Made by a program: the position numbers and the translations under genes
Shown: one piece after another, positions 52,064 through 63,998 of the stretch
Layout of the letters: every line of letters begins with the position of its first letter
Numbering within the stretch: position 1 is the stretch's first letter
Assembly (NCBI GenBank): GCA_047602405.1
Contig: JASGHJ010000001.1
Span: 640,001 to 704,000, forward strand
DNA: 64,000 nucleotides
From: Anaeromyxobacteraceae bacterium
Lineage (GTDB): Bacteria; Myxococcota; Myxococcia; Myxococcales; Anaeromyxobacteraceae
Direction: 5' to 3'
The notes under the pieces: model-generated
What the model was told of the DNA's origin: nothing
Database searches by the model: none
What the model saw: only the letters and a program-made list of their open reading frames with translations

Positions 52064-53449
52064 ATGCGGTTCCCGATCTCCGGCCTGACCCTCGCGCTGC
52101 TCGCCTGCCACCCCGGCTCGAGCGGCTCGGGAGGGTCGGGCCTCGTCGCCGATCCTCCCCTGCCCGGCCCCGACTGGACCCAGTTCCGCCGCGACCCGCA
52201 CGGCACCTCCGCGGCCTCGGCGCCGCTCACCGCCGACCAGGCCCGCTCGCTCCACGAGGTCTGGAGCCACCCGACCGCGGCGAACCTCTGGTCGCAGCCG
52301 GTCGCGCGGGGCGACACGGTCTGGGTCGCGCTCGCCGGCCCGGGCGGGATCGTCGCGCTCGACGCCGCGACCGGGGCCGAGCGCTGGGCGCGCAAGATCG
52401 AGGCGGTCGTGCAGGCCGACTGCGGCACGCCGGAGCGGCCGGGCACCTGGGGCGCGCCCGCGGTGGACGGCGACACCGTCTACGTCGCGGCGGCGGACGG
52501 GGACCTCCACGCCCTCGACGCCGGGACCGGCGACACCCGCTGGAAGGCCCACGTCGCCGACCCGACCCCGCACGGCGAGCTCATCGAGACCTCGGTCGTG
52601 CTCGCGGGCGGGAAGGCCTGGCTCGGCGTCGCCTCGACCGCGCACTGCGACCAGATCCCGGGCCGCCTCGCGGCCGTCGACCTCGCGACCCACGCGGTCT
52701 CGCAGCGGACGCTCGTTCCGGACGGGCAGCGCGGCGCGGCGGTCTGGGCGAGCCCGGCGGTCGAAGGCGGGCGGGTCTACCTCGCGACCGGCAACGCCGA
52801 GGGCGACCGCACGAAGACGCCGCTCGCGCAGGCGGTGGTCGCGCTCGACGCCGCCAGCCTCGTGCCGCTCGCGTCCTGGCAGAACCCGACCGCGCTCACG
52901 AACGCCGACTTCGGCGGCGCGCCGACGTACTTCGTCGCCGGCGGCAAGGCGATGCTGGCCGCGGCCGCGAAGGACGGCTGGGTCTACGCGTTCGACGCCG
53001 CGCGCATCGGCGACGGCCCGGCCTGGAGGCGCGAGGTCGCGACGGTGGACCCGGCGCACCCCGACGCGGGCGGGGATCCCCTGGCCGGCTTCGGCTCGAT
53101 CGTGCCGCCGGCGTTCTCGGGGGGCCTCCTGTTCCTCGGCGGCGGCCGCACGCCGGGCGGCGACCCGGGCTCGGTCGTCGCGGTCGATCCGGGCACCGGC
53201 GACGTGCGCTGGACGCGGGCGCTGCCGGGGCCGGTGCTGCAGCCCGCGGTGGCTGCGGGCGGCGTGCTCGCGGTCGTGACGACCTGGTTCGACGACCGCG
53301 GCTCGACGCTGCAGCTCCTCGACGCCGGCACCGGCGAGCCGCTGAAGGCGTTCACCTCCGGCGCGCCGTCGCTCGCGCCGCCGACCTGGGCGGGCGGGGC
53401 GCTGTACTGGGCGACCATGGACGGCGTGGTCCACGCGCTCAGGCCTTGA
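52064..53449 (+). CDS. PQQ-like beta-propeller lipoprotein
   Basis: LLAC lipobox; repeated ALDAxTG..RW blades. Confidence 0.85.
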   Translation: MRFPISGLTLALLACHPGSSGSGGSGLVADPPLPGPDWTQFRRDPHGTSAASAPLTADQARSLHEVWSHPTAANLWSQPVARGDTVWVALAGPGGIVALDAATGAERWARKIEAVVQADCGTPERPGTWGAPAVDGDTVYVAAADGDLHALDAGTGDTRWKAHVADPTPHGELIETSVVLAGGKAWLGVASTAHCDQIPGRLAAVDLATHAVSQRTLVPDGQRGAAVWASPAVEGGRVYLATGNAEGDRTKTPLAQAVVALDAASLVPLASWQNPTALTNADFGGAPTYFVAGGKAMLAAAAKDGWVYAFDAARIGDGPAWRREVATVDPAHPDAGGDPLAGFGSIVPPAFSGGLLFLGGGRTPGGDPGSVVAVDPGTGDVRWTRALPGPVLQPAVAAGGVLAVVTTWFDDRGSTLQLLDAGTGEPLKAFTSGAPSLAPPTWAGGALYWATMDGVVHALRP

Positions 53450-53451
53450 GC

Positions 53452-53886
53452 TCAGCCCAGCTCCGGGTACAGCACGTGCTCCTCGCGGTGGATGCGCTGG
53501 CGCAGGTCCGCCGCGAGCCCTCCGAGCTCGCCGGCGAGCTTCAGGGCCTCGCCCTCGTGCTCCAGCCGCGCGAAGAAGGCCTCGACCCGCGCCCCGAGCT
53601 CGACCGTCTCCCGCTCGAAGCCGTCGAGCAGGATCCGCAGGTGCGGCCGCGTCCTCGCGAGCTCGCGGAGGCGCGGATAGAGCAGCGCGTCCTCGCGGGC
53701 GAGGTGTCCGACGAGCAGATCGCGCAGGGCCCGGAGCGCGTCGCGCCCGGCTGGCCGCCCCGGCCCGGAGCGCCGGAGCTCGTCGAGCGCGGCGAGGATG
53801 GTGCGGTGTTCTTCGAGGAGGAGCGGGATGTCGAGCGACACGGTTCCCCCCGGGGAGCCCGCGAGGGCCAGCGTCGAGTCTGCCAC
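53452..53886 (-). CDS. Hemerythrin-domain protein
   Basis: EEHRTIL, HLAREDALLYP, IHREEHVLYP. Confidence 0.75.
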   Translation of the reverse strand: MADSTLALAGSPGGTVSLDIPLLLEEHRTILAALDELRRSGPGRPAGRDALRALRDLLVGHLAREDALLYPRLRELARTRPHLRILLDGFERETVELGARVEAFFARLEHEGEALKLAGELGGLAADLRQRIHREEHVLYPELG

Positions 53887-54089
53887 CCCGGTGCTTCAGG
53901 TCAACGGGGTGCGCCGAACCCGGAGCGTGCGCCGCGGCCTCCCGGCGGGCGGGACCGCACCGTGAGGCCGTGCGGCCGTCACCCGCCCGGCGGACGGGCG
54001 CGGGTGGCCCAGGCGCTTTCGCGGGAGTGGCCCTCCCGGGGCGCCACGGTTCGCGGCACGTTCGAGGCTCCCCTGCCTCCGGGAGCACC

Positions 54090-56388
54090 ATGTCCGCACG
54101 CCGAACGATCGCGCTCGCCCTCACCTTCGCCCTCGCCGCCTGCGGCGGCGGGGGCCCGAAGCCGCCCGTGGACCCCGGCGACGGAGGAGGAGGCGGGGGT
54201 GGCGGTGGCGGTGGGGGAGGCGGCGGGGGTGGGGGCGGCTCGGGCCTCGAGCTCGACGCCGCCGTGGTCGACGACGTCCGCGGCATCCTCGGCAGCTCCG
54301 AGCTGGGCCTCGAGCCGGAGCTCATCCTGCGCTCGGCCCTCGCCCACGCGGGCTTCGACCAGGTGAACGAGCTCGGCGTCGTGCAGTGGGAGGCGGAGGC
54401 GCCACGCCAGGGCATCGTCTTCGAGTGGACCGACGCGGAGCTCGTCGCGGCCGGGCTCGCCTCGGGCGCCCGCGTGCCGCTCGACGACCTCCTCGCGGGC
54501 TGGGGCGCCCTCTCGCCCGCGCTCACCGCCGACGTGCTCCGCCCGAGGCTCGTCGCCGACCTGCGGGCCGCGGCCACCAGCACGGATCCCACGCGCCGGT
54601 ACTGGGCCCAGCTCATCGCGCAGCTCGGCCGCGCCTCCGACGCGCCGTTCGACCTGCTCGACCCGGCGGTCCCGGGCTCCTCCGCGCTCGATCCGGCACA
54701 GGTCGCGCTCCTCACCTACCGCTTCCAGGCCGAGGTCTGGCGCGAGGGCAAGAAGGCGGCGGGCGGCGGCTTCGCGCCGGCGCTGCCCGTCCTCTTCGCG
54801 GCCGCGGCGGCGACCCCGCGCCCCTGCACGATGACCGACACCGAGTCCACCGTGATGGACACGGCCGCGCTCGCCGGCTCGACCTTCTTCGGCGAGCTCA
54901 TCGGCGAGATCGGGAAGGCCGTGCCCGGCGTCGAGAAGGTCGCGAAGTACGGCGGCCTCGCGAACTCCGCGCTGACGGTGGTGAAGTTCCTCTGGACGCT
55001 CGCCGCGCTCGACGCCCGCGTCACCGCGGACACGAGCGGCATCGTGCGCAACTGGGACGGCACCGCCTACGGCGACGAGGCCACGCTGACCGCGGCCTTC
55101 CGCTACGACACCGGCAACGCGCAGGCCTTCAACTGCGTGCGCCCGGCGCTCAACGCGCTCGGCCTCGACTTCAGCCTCCCGCAGGACGGCCCGGTCGCGA
55201 ACGCCCGGGTGGACTGGGAGATGTTCGCGGTGAAGGACCGCAAGGGCCCGGGCCCGATCGTCCGCTACCAGGCGGGCAGCGTGCCCCTCGGCCGACGCAC
55301 CGACGCCGACGGCAAGGACGCGATCACCCTCGAGGGCACGAAGAAGGACCCCGCCCTCACCGGCCGCATCGCCCCCGACCACCGGCTCGTGCAGGTCGCG
55401 GCGAAGGTCGCGCTCAAGGACACGAAGATGTGGCAGGACATCCAGGACGCGGTGGGGAGCGCGCTCGCCGGCAACCCCGCGTCGATGATGCTCTCGGCCC
55501 TCACCGAGACGCTGCTCCGCATGAACACCCTCGTCTTCGCCGGGCGCTACGGCCTGCCGGTCGAGGATCACCAGTCGCTCGACGGGATCGTGATGCGGGT
55601 CGAGCTCGCGGGCTCGCTCGCGGGCTCGAATCCGCTCGAACGGCCAGGGACAGGAGACGCTCGACGCGACCGTGAGCCTCGTGGAGCGCCCGGCCCCGTC
55701 CACCGCCGGCGACCCGCTCGTCTTCCTCATCCTGAACGGCGCGCCCGGGCTCGCCGCGAGCTACCTCTCGGAGAACGGCAAGCGGGACTTCCGCTACCGG
55801 GGCGCGCTCGACGTGCAGGATCCCTGCGCGTGCGTCGAGGGGCTCCAGCACCGGGTGGACGACGCCGCCTGGAGCTCGGTCTGGGTGACCGACGACACGC
55901 CGCGCGCGCTCCTGGCGACGATGCAGCCCGACGGCAAGTTCGAGCTCCGCCTCGCCATGAACGGGAAGCCGGGCACCGGCCGCCACCACGTGGCCTTCGA
56001 CGGCTGCGGTTCCTCCGGCACGATCGACGAGGCCATGGGGGGGCCGGTGTCGATCGGAGACCTCGTGATCACCGGCCAGGTGGATCCGACGAAGGCCGCG
56101 GGCACGATCGAGGGGAACTGGAGCGGCACCGTGGACATCCCTCGGCCGGCGTCGCTCGGCGGCTTCTGGGTGAACGGCGCCCGGCAGGACGTGCTCCACG
56201 CGGCCACGACCGTCGAGTACGTGTTCTCGTACACGAAGCAGGTGCTCAACGCGCCGGGGGCCTCCCCGCCGCCTCCGCCCGCTGCCTGGGCGGCCCGGTC
56301 CGCGTCGACGACGGTGCGCTGGGTCCCGCGGGAGCCGGAGGCGCGCGCGTGCTTCGCGCCGGGGCCGGGCGCACCGACCGTCGATTGA
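54090..56388 (+). CDS. Large hypothetical lipoprotein with poly-Gly linker; apparent +1 frameshift at about 55629
   Basis: LAAC lipobox; 19 consecutive Gly codons (54183-54239); removing one A at 55629-55630 joins it to ORF 55672-56388 (765 aa). Confidence 0.7.
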
Positions 56389-56433
56389 CGGAGGTCAGCG
56401 TCCGCAGCCATCGTGCCGGGGGAGAGTCCCGGC

Positions 56434-57804
56434 ATGAGGCCGCACGCGCTCGCACCCGCCCTCCTCGCCCTCGCCCTCGCCGCCTGCGGCGGCGCGGGCG
56501 GCGGCGGGACCACGCCCGACCCGGGCTGGGCCGTCCTGCCGATGAACGACGGCGCCTCGGGCTGGGAGCCCTGGGTCTACCGCGCCGGCGAGCTCACGCT
56601 CCTCGCCGACCTCCACGCGGGCACGCCGTCGTCGCTCCCCGGCGACCTCCGCGTGCTCGGCGACCGCGCGGTGTTCTGCGCGAGCACGGCGGCCGGCCGC
56701 GCGCCCTGGATCACCGACGGCACGCCCGGCGGCACGCGCGCGATCACCTCGGCGTCCGGCGCCGGCTGCGGCGCGCTCGCGATCGTGGGCGCGCGGGCGT
56801 ACCTCGCGTGGGACACCGGGGCGGGCCTCGAGCCGTGGGTGACCGACGGCACCGCCGCGGGCACGGCCTCGCTCGGCGAGCTCGCCGCGGGCGCGTCCGG
56901 CTCCTCGCCGCACGGCTTCGCCGCGTGCGGCGCCCTCGTCTGCTTCGTCGCGCAGGACGCGCAGGGCCGGCACGCGCTCTTCGCGACCGACGGCACCGCC
57001 GCCGGCACGCACCCGCTCACCGATCCGGCCGCCTGGAACGGCGAGCCGCTCGGCCTCACCACGGCCGGCGGGCGCACGTTCTTCACGGCGAGCACCGCGG
57101 CGGCGGGCCGCGAGCCGTGGGCCTCCGACGGCACGGTGGCCGGCACCGGTCAGGTCCTCGACCTCGCCCCGGGTCCGGCGGGCTCCTCGCCGGCGGGGTT
57201 CACCGCGCTCGGCGGTGCGGTCCTCTTCGAGGCCGACGACGGAGAGAGCGGCCTCGAGCTGTGGCGCAGCGACGGCACCGGGGCCGGCACCGCGCTCCTC
57301 GTGGACCTCTGGCCCGGGCCGGAGTCCGGCGATCCGCACGCGCTCGTCCGGTTCGGCGAGCGCGTCGCCTTCGTCGCCCGCGACGAGGACGACGGCTACC
57401 AGCTCTGGACGAGCGACGGCACGGCGGCGGGCACCGCCGAGGTCGGCGTGATCAGCCCCGGCGGCTCGCGGATCACGGAGCTCGCCGCGCACGGCGGGCA
57501 GCTCTGGTTCTCCGTGGACGACTACGTCCACGGGCCGGAGCTGTGGACCTCCGACGGCACCGCCGCGGGCACCCGGATGGTCGTGGACGCGGTGCGCGGC
57601 GGGGACGGGACCTGGCCCGTGCCGCTCGAGGTGCTCGCGGGCGCGGGCGTCGTGGCGATCGTCGTGCCCACGCACGACCTCCTCTACGCGGCCGACGACG
57701 GGACGCACGGGCTCGAGCTGTGGCGGAGCGACGGCACCGTGTCCGGCACCGGGATGGTGGCGGACCTGTGGACAGGGCTGCCGCCGGGGATCCTCGTGCC
57801 CTGA
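56434..57804 (+). CDS. ELWxxDGT-repeat lipoprotein
   Basis: LAAC lipobox; repeated ELWRSDGT/EPWVTDGT units. Confidence 0.88.
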   Translation: MRPHALAPALLALALAACGGAGGGGTTPDPGWAVLPMNDGASGWEPWVYRAGELTLLADLHAGTPSSLPGDLRVLGDRAVFCASTAAGRAPWITDGTPGGTRAITSASGAGCGALAIVGARAYLAWDTGAGLEPWVTDGTAAGTASLGELAAGASGSSPHGFAACGALVCFVAQDAQGRHALFATDGTAAGTHPLTDPAAWNGEPLGLTTAGGRTFFTASTAAAGREPWASDGTVAGTGQVLDLAPGPAGSSPAGFTALGGAVLFEADDGESGLELWRSDGTGAGTALLVDLWPGPESGDPHALVRFGERVAFVARDEDDGYQLWTSDGTAAGTAEVGVISPGGSRITELAAHGGQLWFSVDDYVHGPELWTSDGTAAGTRMVVDAVRGGDGTWPVPLEVLAGAGVVAIVVPTHDLLYAADDGTHGLELWRSDGTVSGTGMVADLWTGLPPGILVP

Positions 57805-57852
57805 GCGGGGAGGGCCTCGCCCGGGGACGAGGACCCGCGTCACGGCCGCCGA

Positions 57853-58872
57853 TCACCCCGCCAGCGCCGCGAGCCCCGCCGGGTACGGCGCCTTCACGAC
57901 GCCGCGCTCGGTGACGATCGCGGTGACGAGCTCCGCCGGCGTGACGTCGAACGCCGGGTAGCGCGCCCGGACGCCCTCGGGGGCGATGCGCTGGCCGTGG
58001 ATGAGCACGACCTCGTCGCCGCCGCGCTCCTCGATGGGGATCGCGCCGCCGCGCGGGCAGGCGAGGTCCACGGTGCTCCACGGCGCCGCGACGTAGAACG
58101 GGATGCCGTGGTGGCGCGCGAGCACCGCGAGCGCGTACGTGCCGATCTTGTTCGCGACGTCGCCGTTCGCGGCGATGCGGTCGGAGCCGACGACCACGCA
58201 GGAGATCTCCCCGCGCTGCATGAGCCAGCCGGCCATGCCGTCGGTGAGGAGCGTCACCGGGATCCGGTCGCGGTGGAGCTCCCAGGCGGTGAGGCGGGCG
58301 CCCTGGAAGAACGGCCGGGTCTCGTCGGCGAGGACGCGGATCGTGGGGTCCGCCTCGAAGGCGGCGCGCACGACGCCGAGCGCGGTGCCGTACGCCGCGG
58401 TCGCGAGCGCGCCGGCGTTGCAGTGGGTGAGCACCGTCGCCCCGCGCGCCACGAGCGGGGCGCCGAGCGCGCCGATGCGGCGGCACGCGGCCTCGTCCTC
58501 GTCGCGGATCGCGTGCGCCTCGGCGAGGAGCGCGGCGGCGCCCGCGTCGAACCGCGCCGACATGCGCTTCACGGCCCAGGCGAGGTTCACCGCGGTGGGG
58601 CGGGCCTTCACGAGGTGCTCCGCGGCCTCCCGCAGGCGGGCCGGGCCTGCGCCGCGCCGCGCGTCCACCGCGAGGCCGTAGGCGGCGGCGACGCCGATGG
58701 CGGGTGCGCCGCGCACGGTGAGATTGGCGATCGCGGTCGCGACCTCGTCGGAGGTGGACAGCTCGAGCCAGCGCTCCACGGCCGGGAGCCGCTTCTGGTC
58801 GAGCAGGCGCACGTGGTCGCGCGCGTCGTCGTAGAGCACGGGCCTGAGCGCCCCGTCGTCGAAGTTCGTCAT
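57853..58872 (-). CDS. mtnA: Methylthioribose-1-phosphate isomerase
   Basis: [43 protein letters not shown]. Confidence 0.95.
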   Translation of the reverse strand: MTNFDDGALRPVLYDDARDHVRLLDQKRLPAVERWLELSTSDEVATAIANLTVRGAPAIGVAAAYGLAVDARRGAGPARLREAAEHLVKARPTAVNLAWAVKRMSARFDAGAAALLAEAHAIRDEDEAACRRIGALGAPLVARGATVLTHCNAGALATAAYGTALGVVRAAFEADPTIRVLADETRPFFQGARLTAWELHRDRIPVTLLTDGMAGWLMQRGEISCVVVGSDRIAANGDVANKIGTYALAVLARHHGIPFYVAAPWSTVDLACPRGGAIPIEERGGDEVVLIHGQRIAPEGVRARYPAFDVTPAELVTAIVTERGVVKAPYPAGLAALAG

Positions 58873-58903
58873 GGTGCCGTGGTCCCCTGGTCCCTGGTGT
58901 CCG

Positions 58904-59131
58904 CTACCCCGGATCGCCGCCGCTCCCGAGCCCGCCGAAGAGCCGCATGGCGAAGTAGCCCGCCGCGGCGAGCGTGAGCGCGAAGCCCGGCCAGCGGCCC
59001 TCCTTGGCGAGCACGCCGGCGACGACGAGCGCGCCCACGAGCGCGATCCACAGGAACGCCCGCGTGGGTCCGCCGGTGTTCCCCGCTCCGGAGGGGCCCG
59101 CGCCCCAGCCTGCCCACTTGGCCATTCTCAT
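58904..59131 (-). CDS. Small hypothetical membrane protein
   Basis: Two hydrophobic segments, co-oriented between gatB and mtnA. Confidence 0.5.
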   Translation of the reverse strand: MRMAKWAGWGAGPSGAGNTGGPTRAFLWIALVGALVVAGVLAKEGRWPGFALTLAAAGYFAMRLFGGLGSGGDPG

Positions 59132-59208
59132 CCCTTCGACGCTGCCGGGGTGGGGCCCCGAGCCAGCTCCGCTGGTCGGGGCGGGGGGCGCCGAGCCCCC
59201 CGTGACAT

Positions 59209-60700
59209 TCAGTCCCCGAGCTTCTTCCGGAGGAGCGCGTTCACGACGGCCGGGTTGCCCTTACCCTTCGTCTGCTTCATCACCTGCCCGACGAAGAAGC
59301 CCATGAGCTTCTTGTTGCCACCGCGGTAGCGCTCCACCTCGGCCGGCGCCGCGGCGAGCACCGCGTCCACCGCGGCCTCGAGGGCGCCCTCGTCGGAGAC
59401 CTGCGCGAGCCCCTTCGCCTTCACGACCTCGGCCGGGTCGGCGCCGGTCCTGAAGACCTCCTCCAGCACCTGCTTCGCGCCCGGGCCGCCGATCGTGCCG
59501 GCATCGAGGAGCCTCACGATGGCGGCGAGCTGCGCGGGCGTGAGCTTCCACGCGCCGGGCTCGAGCGCGGCCTCGTTGGCGAGCCGGGCGAGCTCGCCGT
59601 TCATCCAGTTCGCGAGCTTCTTCGCCGCCTCCGGGCCGCCGCCCGCGTCGGCGAGCGCGGCGTCGAAGAAGTCGGCCCCGCGCCGATCGGCGACGATGAG
59701 CCCGGCGTCGTACGCGGAGAGCCCGAGCGCCTGCTGGTACCGGGCGGCGCGGGCCTTCGGCAGCTCCGGGAGCTCCGCCTTCACGCGCTCGAGGAGCGCC
59801 GCCGGCACGATCATCGGCGGGAGGTCCGGCTCCGGGAAGTACCGGTAGTCGGGCGCCTCCTCCTTCGAGCGCATCGAGCGCGTCTCGCCCCGGTCCGGGT
59901 CGAAGAGCCGCGTCTCCTGCACGATCTTCCCGCCGCCCTCCAGGATCTCGATCTGCCGCTTCTGCTCGAACTCGATCGCCTGCTTCAGGAAGCGGAACGA
60001 GTTCATGTTCTTGAGCTCGCACCGGGTGCCGAGGACCTGGGAGCCCTTCGGCATCACCGACACGTTCGCGTCGCAGCGCAGCGACCCCTCCTGCATGTTC
60101 CCGTCGTTGACGCCGAGCCAGACGAGGATCGCGCGGAGCGTCTTCAGGTACTCGACCGCCTCGTCCGCGCTGCGGAGGTCGGGCTGCGAGACGATCTCGA
60201 CGAGCGGCGTGCCGGCGCGGTTGAGGTCGACGCCGGAGGCGCCCGGGGCGACGTCGTGGACGTTCTTCCCGGCGTCCTCCTCGAGGTGGATGCGGACGAG
60301 GCGGACGTACTTCTCGGCCGCGGTGCCGTCCTCCCGGGAGCCGGTCGGGATGGTGAGCCCGCCGCCCTCGCAGATCGGCAGCTCGTACTGCGAGATTCTG
60401 GTAGCCCTTCGGCAGGTCCGGGTAGAAGTAGTTCTTCCGCGCGAAGACCGAGCGCTGCCGGATCTCGCAGCCGAGCGCGAGGCCGGTGCGCACCGCGAGC
60501 TCGATCACCTTCTCGTTGAGCGACGGCAGCGCGCCCGGGAGCGCGAGGCACACCGGGCAGACGTGCGCGTTGGGCTCGCCGCCGAACGCGGTGGAGCAGC
60601 CGCAGAAGATCTTGGTGTTCGTGAGGAGCTGGGCGTGGACCTCGAGGCCCAGGACCACCTGCCAGCCGGCCGCATGGCCCGGAGCGGGAGGCGACGCCAT
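59209..60700 (-). CDS. gatB: Asp/Glu-tRNA amidotransferase subunit B; apparent +1 frameshift at about 60396
   Basis: [22 protein letters not shown] | [22 protein letters not shown]; removing one base gives 496 aa. Confidence 0.93.
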
Positions 60701-60702
60701 GG

Positions 60703-62217
60703 CTACGCGACCTCCGGCGGCGCGGGGAACGTCCCCTGCTCGCGCTCGAGCGCGCGGGCGGCGCGCAGCAGCGTGGCCTCGTCGAACGGCCGGCCGACGA
60801 GCTGCAGGCCCACCGGGAGGCCCGTCGCGGCGTCCCTCCCGCAGGGCACCGAGAGGCCGGGCAGCGCCGCGAGGTTCGCCGTGATGGTGAAGACGTCGGC
60901 GAGGTACATCGCGAGCGGGTCGGCGGCCTTCTCGCCGAGCTTGAACGCGACCGATGGCGCGACCGGGCCGGCGACGACGTCGCAGGTCCGGAAGGCCTCG
61001 TCGAAGTCGCGGCGCACGAGCGTGCGGACCTTCTGCGCCTTCAGGTAGTAGGCGTCGTAGTAGCCCGCCGAGAGCGCGTAGGTGCCGAGCATGATGCGGC
61101 GCTTCGGCTCCGCGCCGAAGCCGCGCTCGCGGGACTGCTCGTAGACCTCCCGGAGGCCCATGGGCTTCTGGGCGGCTGCGCCGCCGGCCTCCCTGGCGCG
61201 CAACCCGAACCGGATGCCGTCGTACCGCGCCAGGTTCGACGACGCCTCGGCCGGCGCGATGAGGTAGTACGCCGCGATGCCGTAGCGCGAGTGCGGCAGC
61301 GACACCGGGACGAGCGTCGCGCCGAGCCTCTCGTAGGTCGCGAGCGCCGCGCGCACGGCGGCGGCGGTCCCGGCCTCGAGGCCGTCGACGTCCAGCCACT
61401 CCTTCGGCACGCCGACGCGCAGCCCCTCCGCGCCGCCCTCGAGGTTCGCGAGGTAGTCGTCGACCGGGCGCGCGGAGGAGGTCATGTCGCGCGGGTCGTG
61501 CCCGGCGATCACCTGCAGCTGCAGCGCGGCGTCCTCGACCGTGCGGCCGAACGGCCCGACCTGGTCGAGCGACGACGCGAACGCCACCACGCCCCACCTC
61601 GGCACGCGGCCGTAGGTCGGCTTCACGCCGACGACGCCGCAGAAGCTCGCCGGGAGCCGGATGGAGCCGCCGGTGTCGGAGCCGAGCGCGCCGAACACCT
61701 GCCGCGCGGCCACCGACGCGGCGCTGCCGCCCGAGGAGCCGCCCGGCGTGCGGGCGAGGTCCCAGGGGTTCCGGCAGGGCTTGTACGCGGAGTTCTCGTT
61801 CGACGAGCCCATCGCGAACTCGTCGAGGTTGAGCTTCCCGAGGATGACGGCGCCGGCCGCCTCGAGCCGCTCGACCACGGTGGCCGAGTACGGCGGCACG
61901 AAGCCCTCGAGGATGCGCGAGCCCGCGGTGGTCTCGACGCCCTTCGTGAGGAGGATGTCCTTCACCGCGACCGGCACGCCGTCGAGCGGGGAGCGGCGCC
62001 CGGCGCGCGCGGCCCGCGCGTCGGCCGCGTCGGCGGCGGCGAGCGCGCGGTCGGCGGTGACCGCGAGGAAGGCGCCGACCTTCGGGTCGGTGGCCTCCAC
62101 GCGGCGGAGCGCGGCCTCGGTGAGCTGCCGCGAGGTCACCTCGCGCGCGGCGACCTTCCGGCCGGCGTCGGCGAGCGTGAGCCCGAGCAGCGTGGCGTCT
62201 CCGGGGAGGCCGCTCAC
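60703..62217 (-). CDS. gatA: Asp/Glu-tRNA amidotransferase subunit A
   Basis: [38 protein letters not shown]. Confidence 0.96.
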   Translation of the reverse strand: MSGLPGDATLLGLTLADAGRKVAAREVTSRQLTEAALRRVEATDPKVGAFLAVTADRALAAADAADARAARAGRRSPLDGVPVAVKDILLTKGVETTAGSRILEGFVPPYSATVVERLEAAGAVILGKLNLDEFAMGSSNENSAYKPCRNPWDLARTPGGSSGGSAASVAARQVFGALGSDTGGSIRLPASFCGVVGVKPTYGRVPRWGVVAFASSLDQVGPFGRTVEDAALQLQVIAGHDPRDMTSSARPVDDYLANLEGGAEGLRVGVPKEWLDVDGLEAGTAAAVRAALATYERLGATLVPVSLPHSRYGIAAYYLIAPAEASSNLARYDGIRFGLRAREAGGAAAQKPMGLREVYEQSRERGFGAEPKRRIMLGTYALSAGYYDAYYLKAQKVRTLVRRDFDEAFRTCDVVAGPVAPSVAFKLGEKAADPLAMYLADVFTITANLAALPGLSVPCGRDAATGLPVGLQLVGRPFDEATLLRAARALEREQGTFPAPPEVA

Positions 62218-62507
62218 TCGATGATCCTCGGCACCTTGAACGCCGTGCCCTCGCGCGCCGGCGCGTTCCCGAGCGCCTCGTCAAACGAGAGCCCGGGCCG
62301 CACCGCGTCCTCGCGGAGCGGCGCTGCGTCGCCCGCCGCGAGCGCGTGGGTCATCGGCTCGACGCTCGAGACGTCGAGCTCCGACAGGACGGCGACGTGC
62401 TCGAGGATGGCGGAGAGCTGTCCCTGGAAGACCTGCTCCTCCTCCGGGGAAAGCTTCAGCCGGGCCAGCGCGGCGATGCGCCGGACCTCCTCGAGCGTGA
62501 GCGCCAT
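62214..62507 (-). CDS. gatC: Asp/Glu-tRNA amidotransferase subunit C
   Basis: [18 protein letters not shown]...FKVPRII. Confidence 0.95.
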   Translation of the reverse strand: MALTLEEVRRIAALARLKLSPEEEQVFQGQLSAILEHVAVLSELDVSSVEPMTHALAAGDAAPLREDAVRPGLSFDEALGNAPAREGTAFKVPRIIE

Positions 62508-62516
62508 GGGAGCTGC

Positions 62517-62828
62517 CTACTTGAACCAGTTCAGGATGGCGCTCATCACGCCCGAGTGCTCCGGCTTCTGGAGGTGCTCGAGCTCGCCCTTGTCGAGGAA
62601 GACGCCGTTGCAGGAGAAGCAGACGTCGACGTCGATGCCGCGCAGCTTCACCTCGTGCAGCTCCATGCCGCACTTCGGGCAGCGCATCCAGTGCATCGCC
62701 TTGAGGCGCGCCTGCTCGGCGGCCTCGGTGTCCTTCTTCACCTGGACGGCGAGCTTGCGCTTCTTCTCGGCGTCCTCCCGGGCGAAGTACTCGTCCTCGG
62801 TGTTCGACGATCCCTTGAAGTCGGCCAT
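62517..62828 (-). CDS. zf-TFIIB-type zinc-ribbon protein
   Basis: EDEYFARE, MRCPKCG, DVCFSCNGVFLDKGELE. Confidence 0.85.
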   Translation of the reverse strand: MADFKGSSNTEDEYFAREDAEKKRKLAVQVKKDTEAAEQARLKAMHWMRCPKCGMELHEVKLRGIDVDVCFSCNGVFLDKGELEHLQKPEHSGVMSAILNWFK

Positions 62829-62831
62829 CTT

Positions 62832-63998
62832 CTATCTCCTGAGCTCTTGGAGGGCGTTCCGGGCCACGGGAGCCTCGTCGCCGTCGGGGTGAGCCTCCAG
62901 ATACTTCTGATACTGCGCGATCGCCTCGGCGGTGCGTCCCAGAGAGCGCGCGGCCTCGGCCGCGCCCAGGAGCGCATCGGCGTGCTGCGGGTCGGCCCGG
63001 AGTGCCTCCCGGAACGCCCTCGCCGCCGACTCGTACTGCTCGAGATCGAGATAGCACAGCCCACGCCCCGCGAGGGCGTCCGCGTTGTCGGGGGCGGCGT
63101 CGGCGGCCCGCTCGTAGAGGTCGAGCGCCTTCTCGGTGTCGCCCTTCTCGCGGAGGCGGTCGGCCTGGGCGATGAGCGCCTTCGGGCCCCTCGGGGCGGC
63201 CTTCTCCTGGGCGGGCGGCGGCGCGGCGGGCGCGGGCGCCGGGGCGGCGGCCTCGGGGACCGGGGCCGGGGCGGCGGCGGCGGGCGCCGGCGGGCTCGGC
63301 TTCGGCGGCTCGGGCGTGGGAGCCGGGGCGGGCGCAGGGGCCTGCGCGGCGGGCGCGGGCTCGGGCTTCGGCCCCATGCCGAGGAGCGCCTGGACCGGGG
63401 CGAAGAGCCCGGGCACGAGGATGCTCGCGCCGCCCGCGATCACGACGAGGGCGCCGAGGACGAGGAGCGTGTTGCGGACGGCGTGGCCGCCCCCGAGGGC
63501 CGCGCGCTCGTCCGCGTCGAGGTCCGGGCCCTGGTGGTCGAGCGTGACGTCGAGCGGCGCCGGGGGCGTCTCGAGCGCCGCGGCCATGCGCGTCGCGGTC
63601 TTCCTCGCCACGGGCGGAGGCTGAAGGGGCTTGCGCGGCGGCTGCTGCGCGGGGAGCGCGGTCTGCGTGGCGGCGCGGTCGGCGAGGTCGACCACCTCGA
63701 AGAAGGTGTCGAGCTCGTGCATCTCGGCGAGCTTCTTGTAGCTCTGGCCCGGCGGCGCGACCTCGTCCTCGCGGCCGACGCGCCGCTCCACGATCCACTT
63801 CTGCAGGGTCTCGCGGTCGCGGCACGGGAAGGTCTCGCCCGTGAAGAGCCTCACGCGCCACTCGGTGGCGGGGTCGTGGGCGGCGGCGACGGCCTGCGTG
63901 CGGCGCCCCGCAGCGGAGGCCGGCACGGGGACGCCCGCGAGGGTGCCCGGCTTCACGGGGACCGTCACGACGAGCTCCTTCTTCTTCACGAGGAAGAC
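62832..63998 (-). CDS. Membrane-anchored TPR protein with Pro/Ala linker (5' partial)
   Basis: Frame is open to the window edge; single TM, PA-rich linker, C-terminal TPR repeats. Confidence 0.8.
   Translation of the reverse strand, partial: VFLVKKKELVVTVPVKPGTLAGVPVPASAAGRRTQAVAAAHDPATEWRVRLFTGETFPCRDRETLQKWIVERRVGREDEVAPPGQSYKKLAEMHELDTFFEVVDLADRAATQTALPAQQPPRKPLQPPPVARKTATRMAAALETPPAPLDVTLDHQGPDLDADERAALGGGHAVRNTLLVLGALVVIAGGASILVPGLFAPVQALLGMGPKPEPAPAAQAPAPAPAPTPEPPKPSPPAPAAAAPAPVPEAAAPAPAPAAPPPAQEKAAPRGPKALIAQADRLREKGDTEKALDLYERAADAAPDNADALAGRGLCYLDLEQYESAARAFREALRADPQHADALLGAAEAARSLGRTAEAIAQYQKYLEAHPDGDEAPVARNALQELRR

Noticed and set aside
54183..54239. G-rich tract as a functional G-quadruplex
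   Set aside because: It is fully explained as a poly-Gly linker with mixed codons.
55631..57914. C-terminal half of the 1314-aa ORF 53970-57914
   Set aside because: It becomes Arg/Pro-rich nonsense after the frameshift; the real coding frames are 55672-56388 and 56434-57804.
59209..60700. gatB as a pseudogene or programmed frameshift
   Set aside because: The gene is normally essential, both halves are intact, there is no slippery sequence, and it shares the error context of two other genes.
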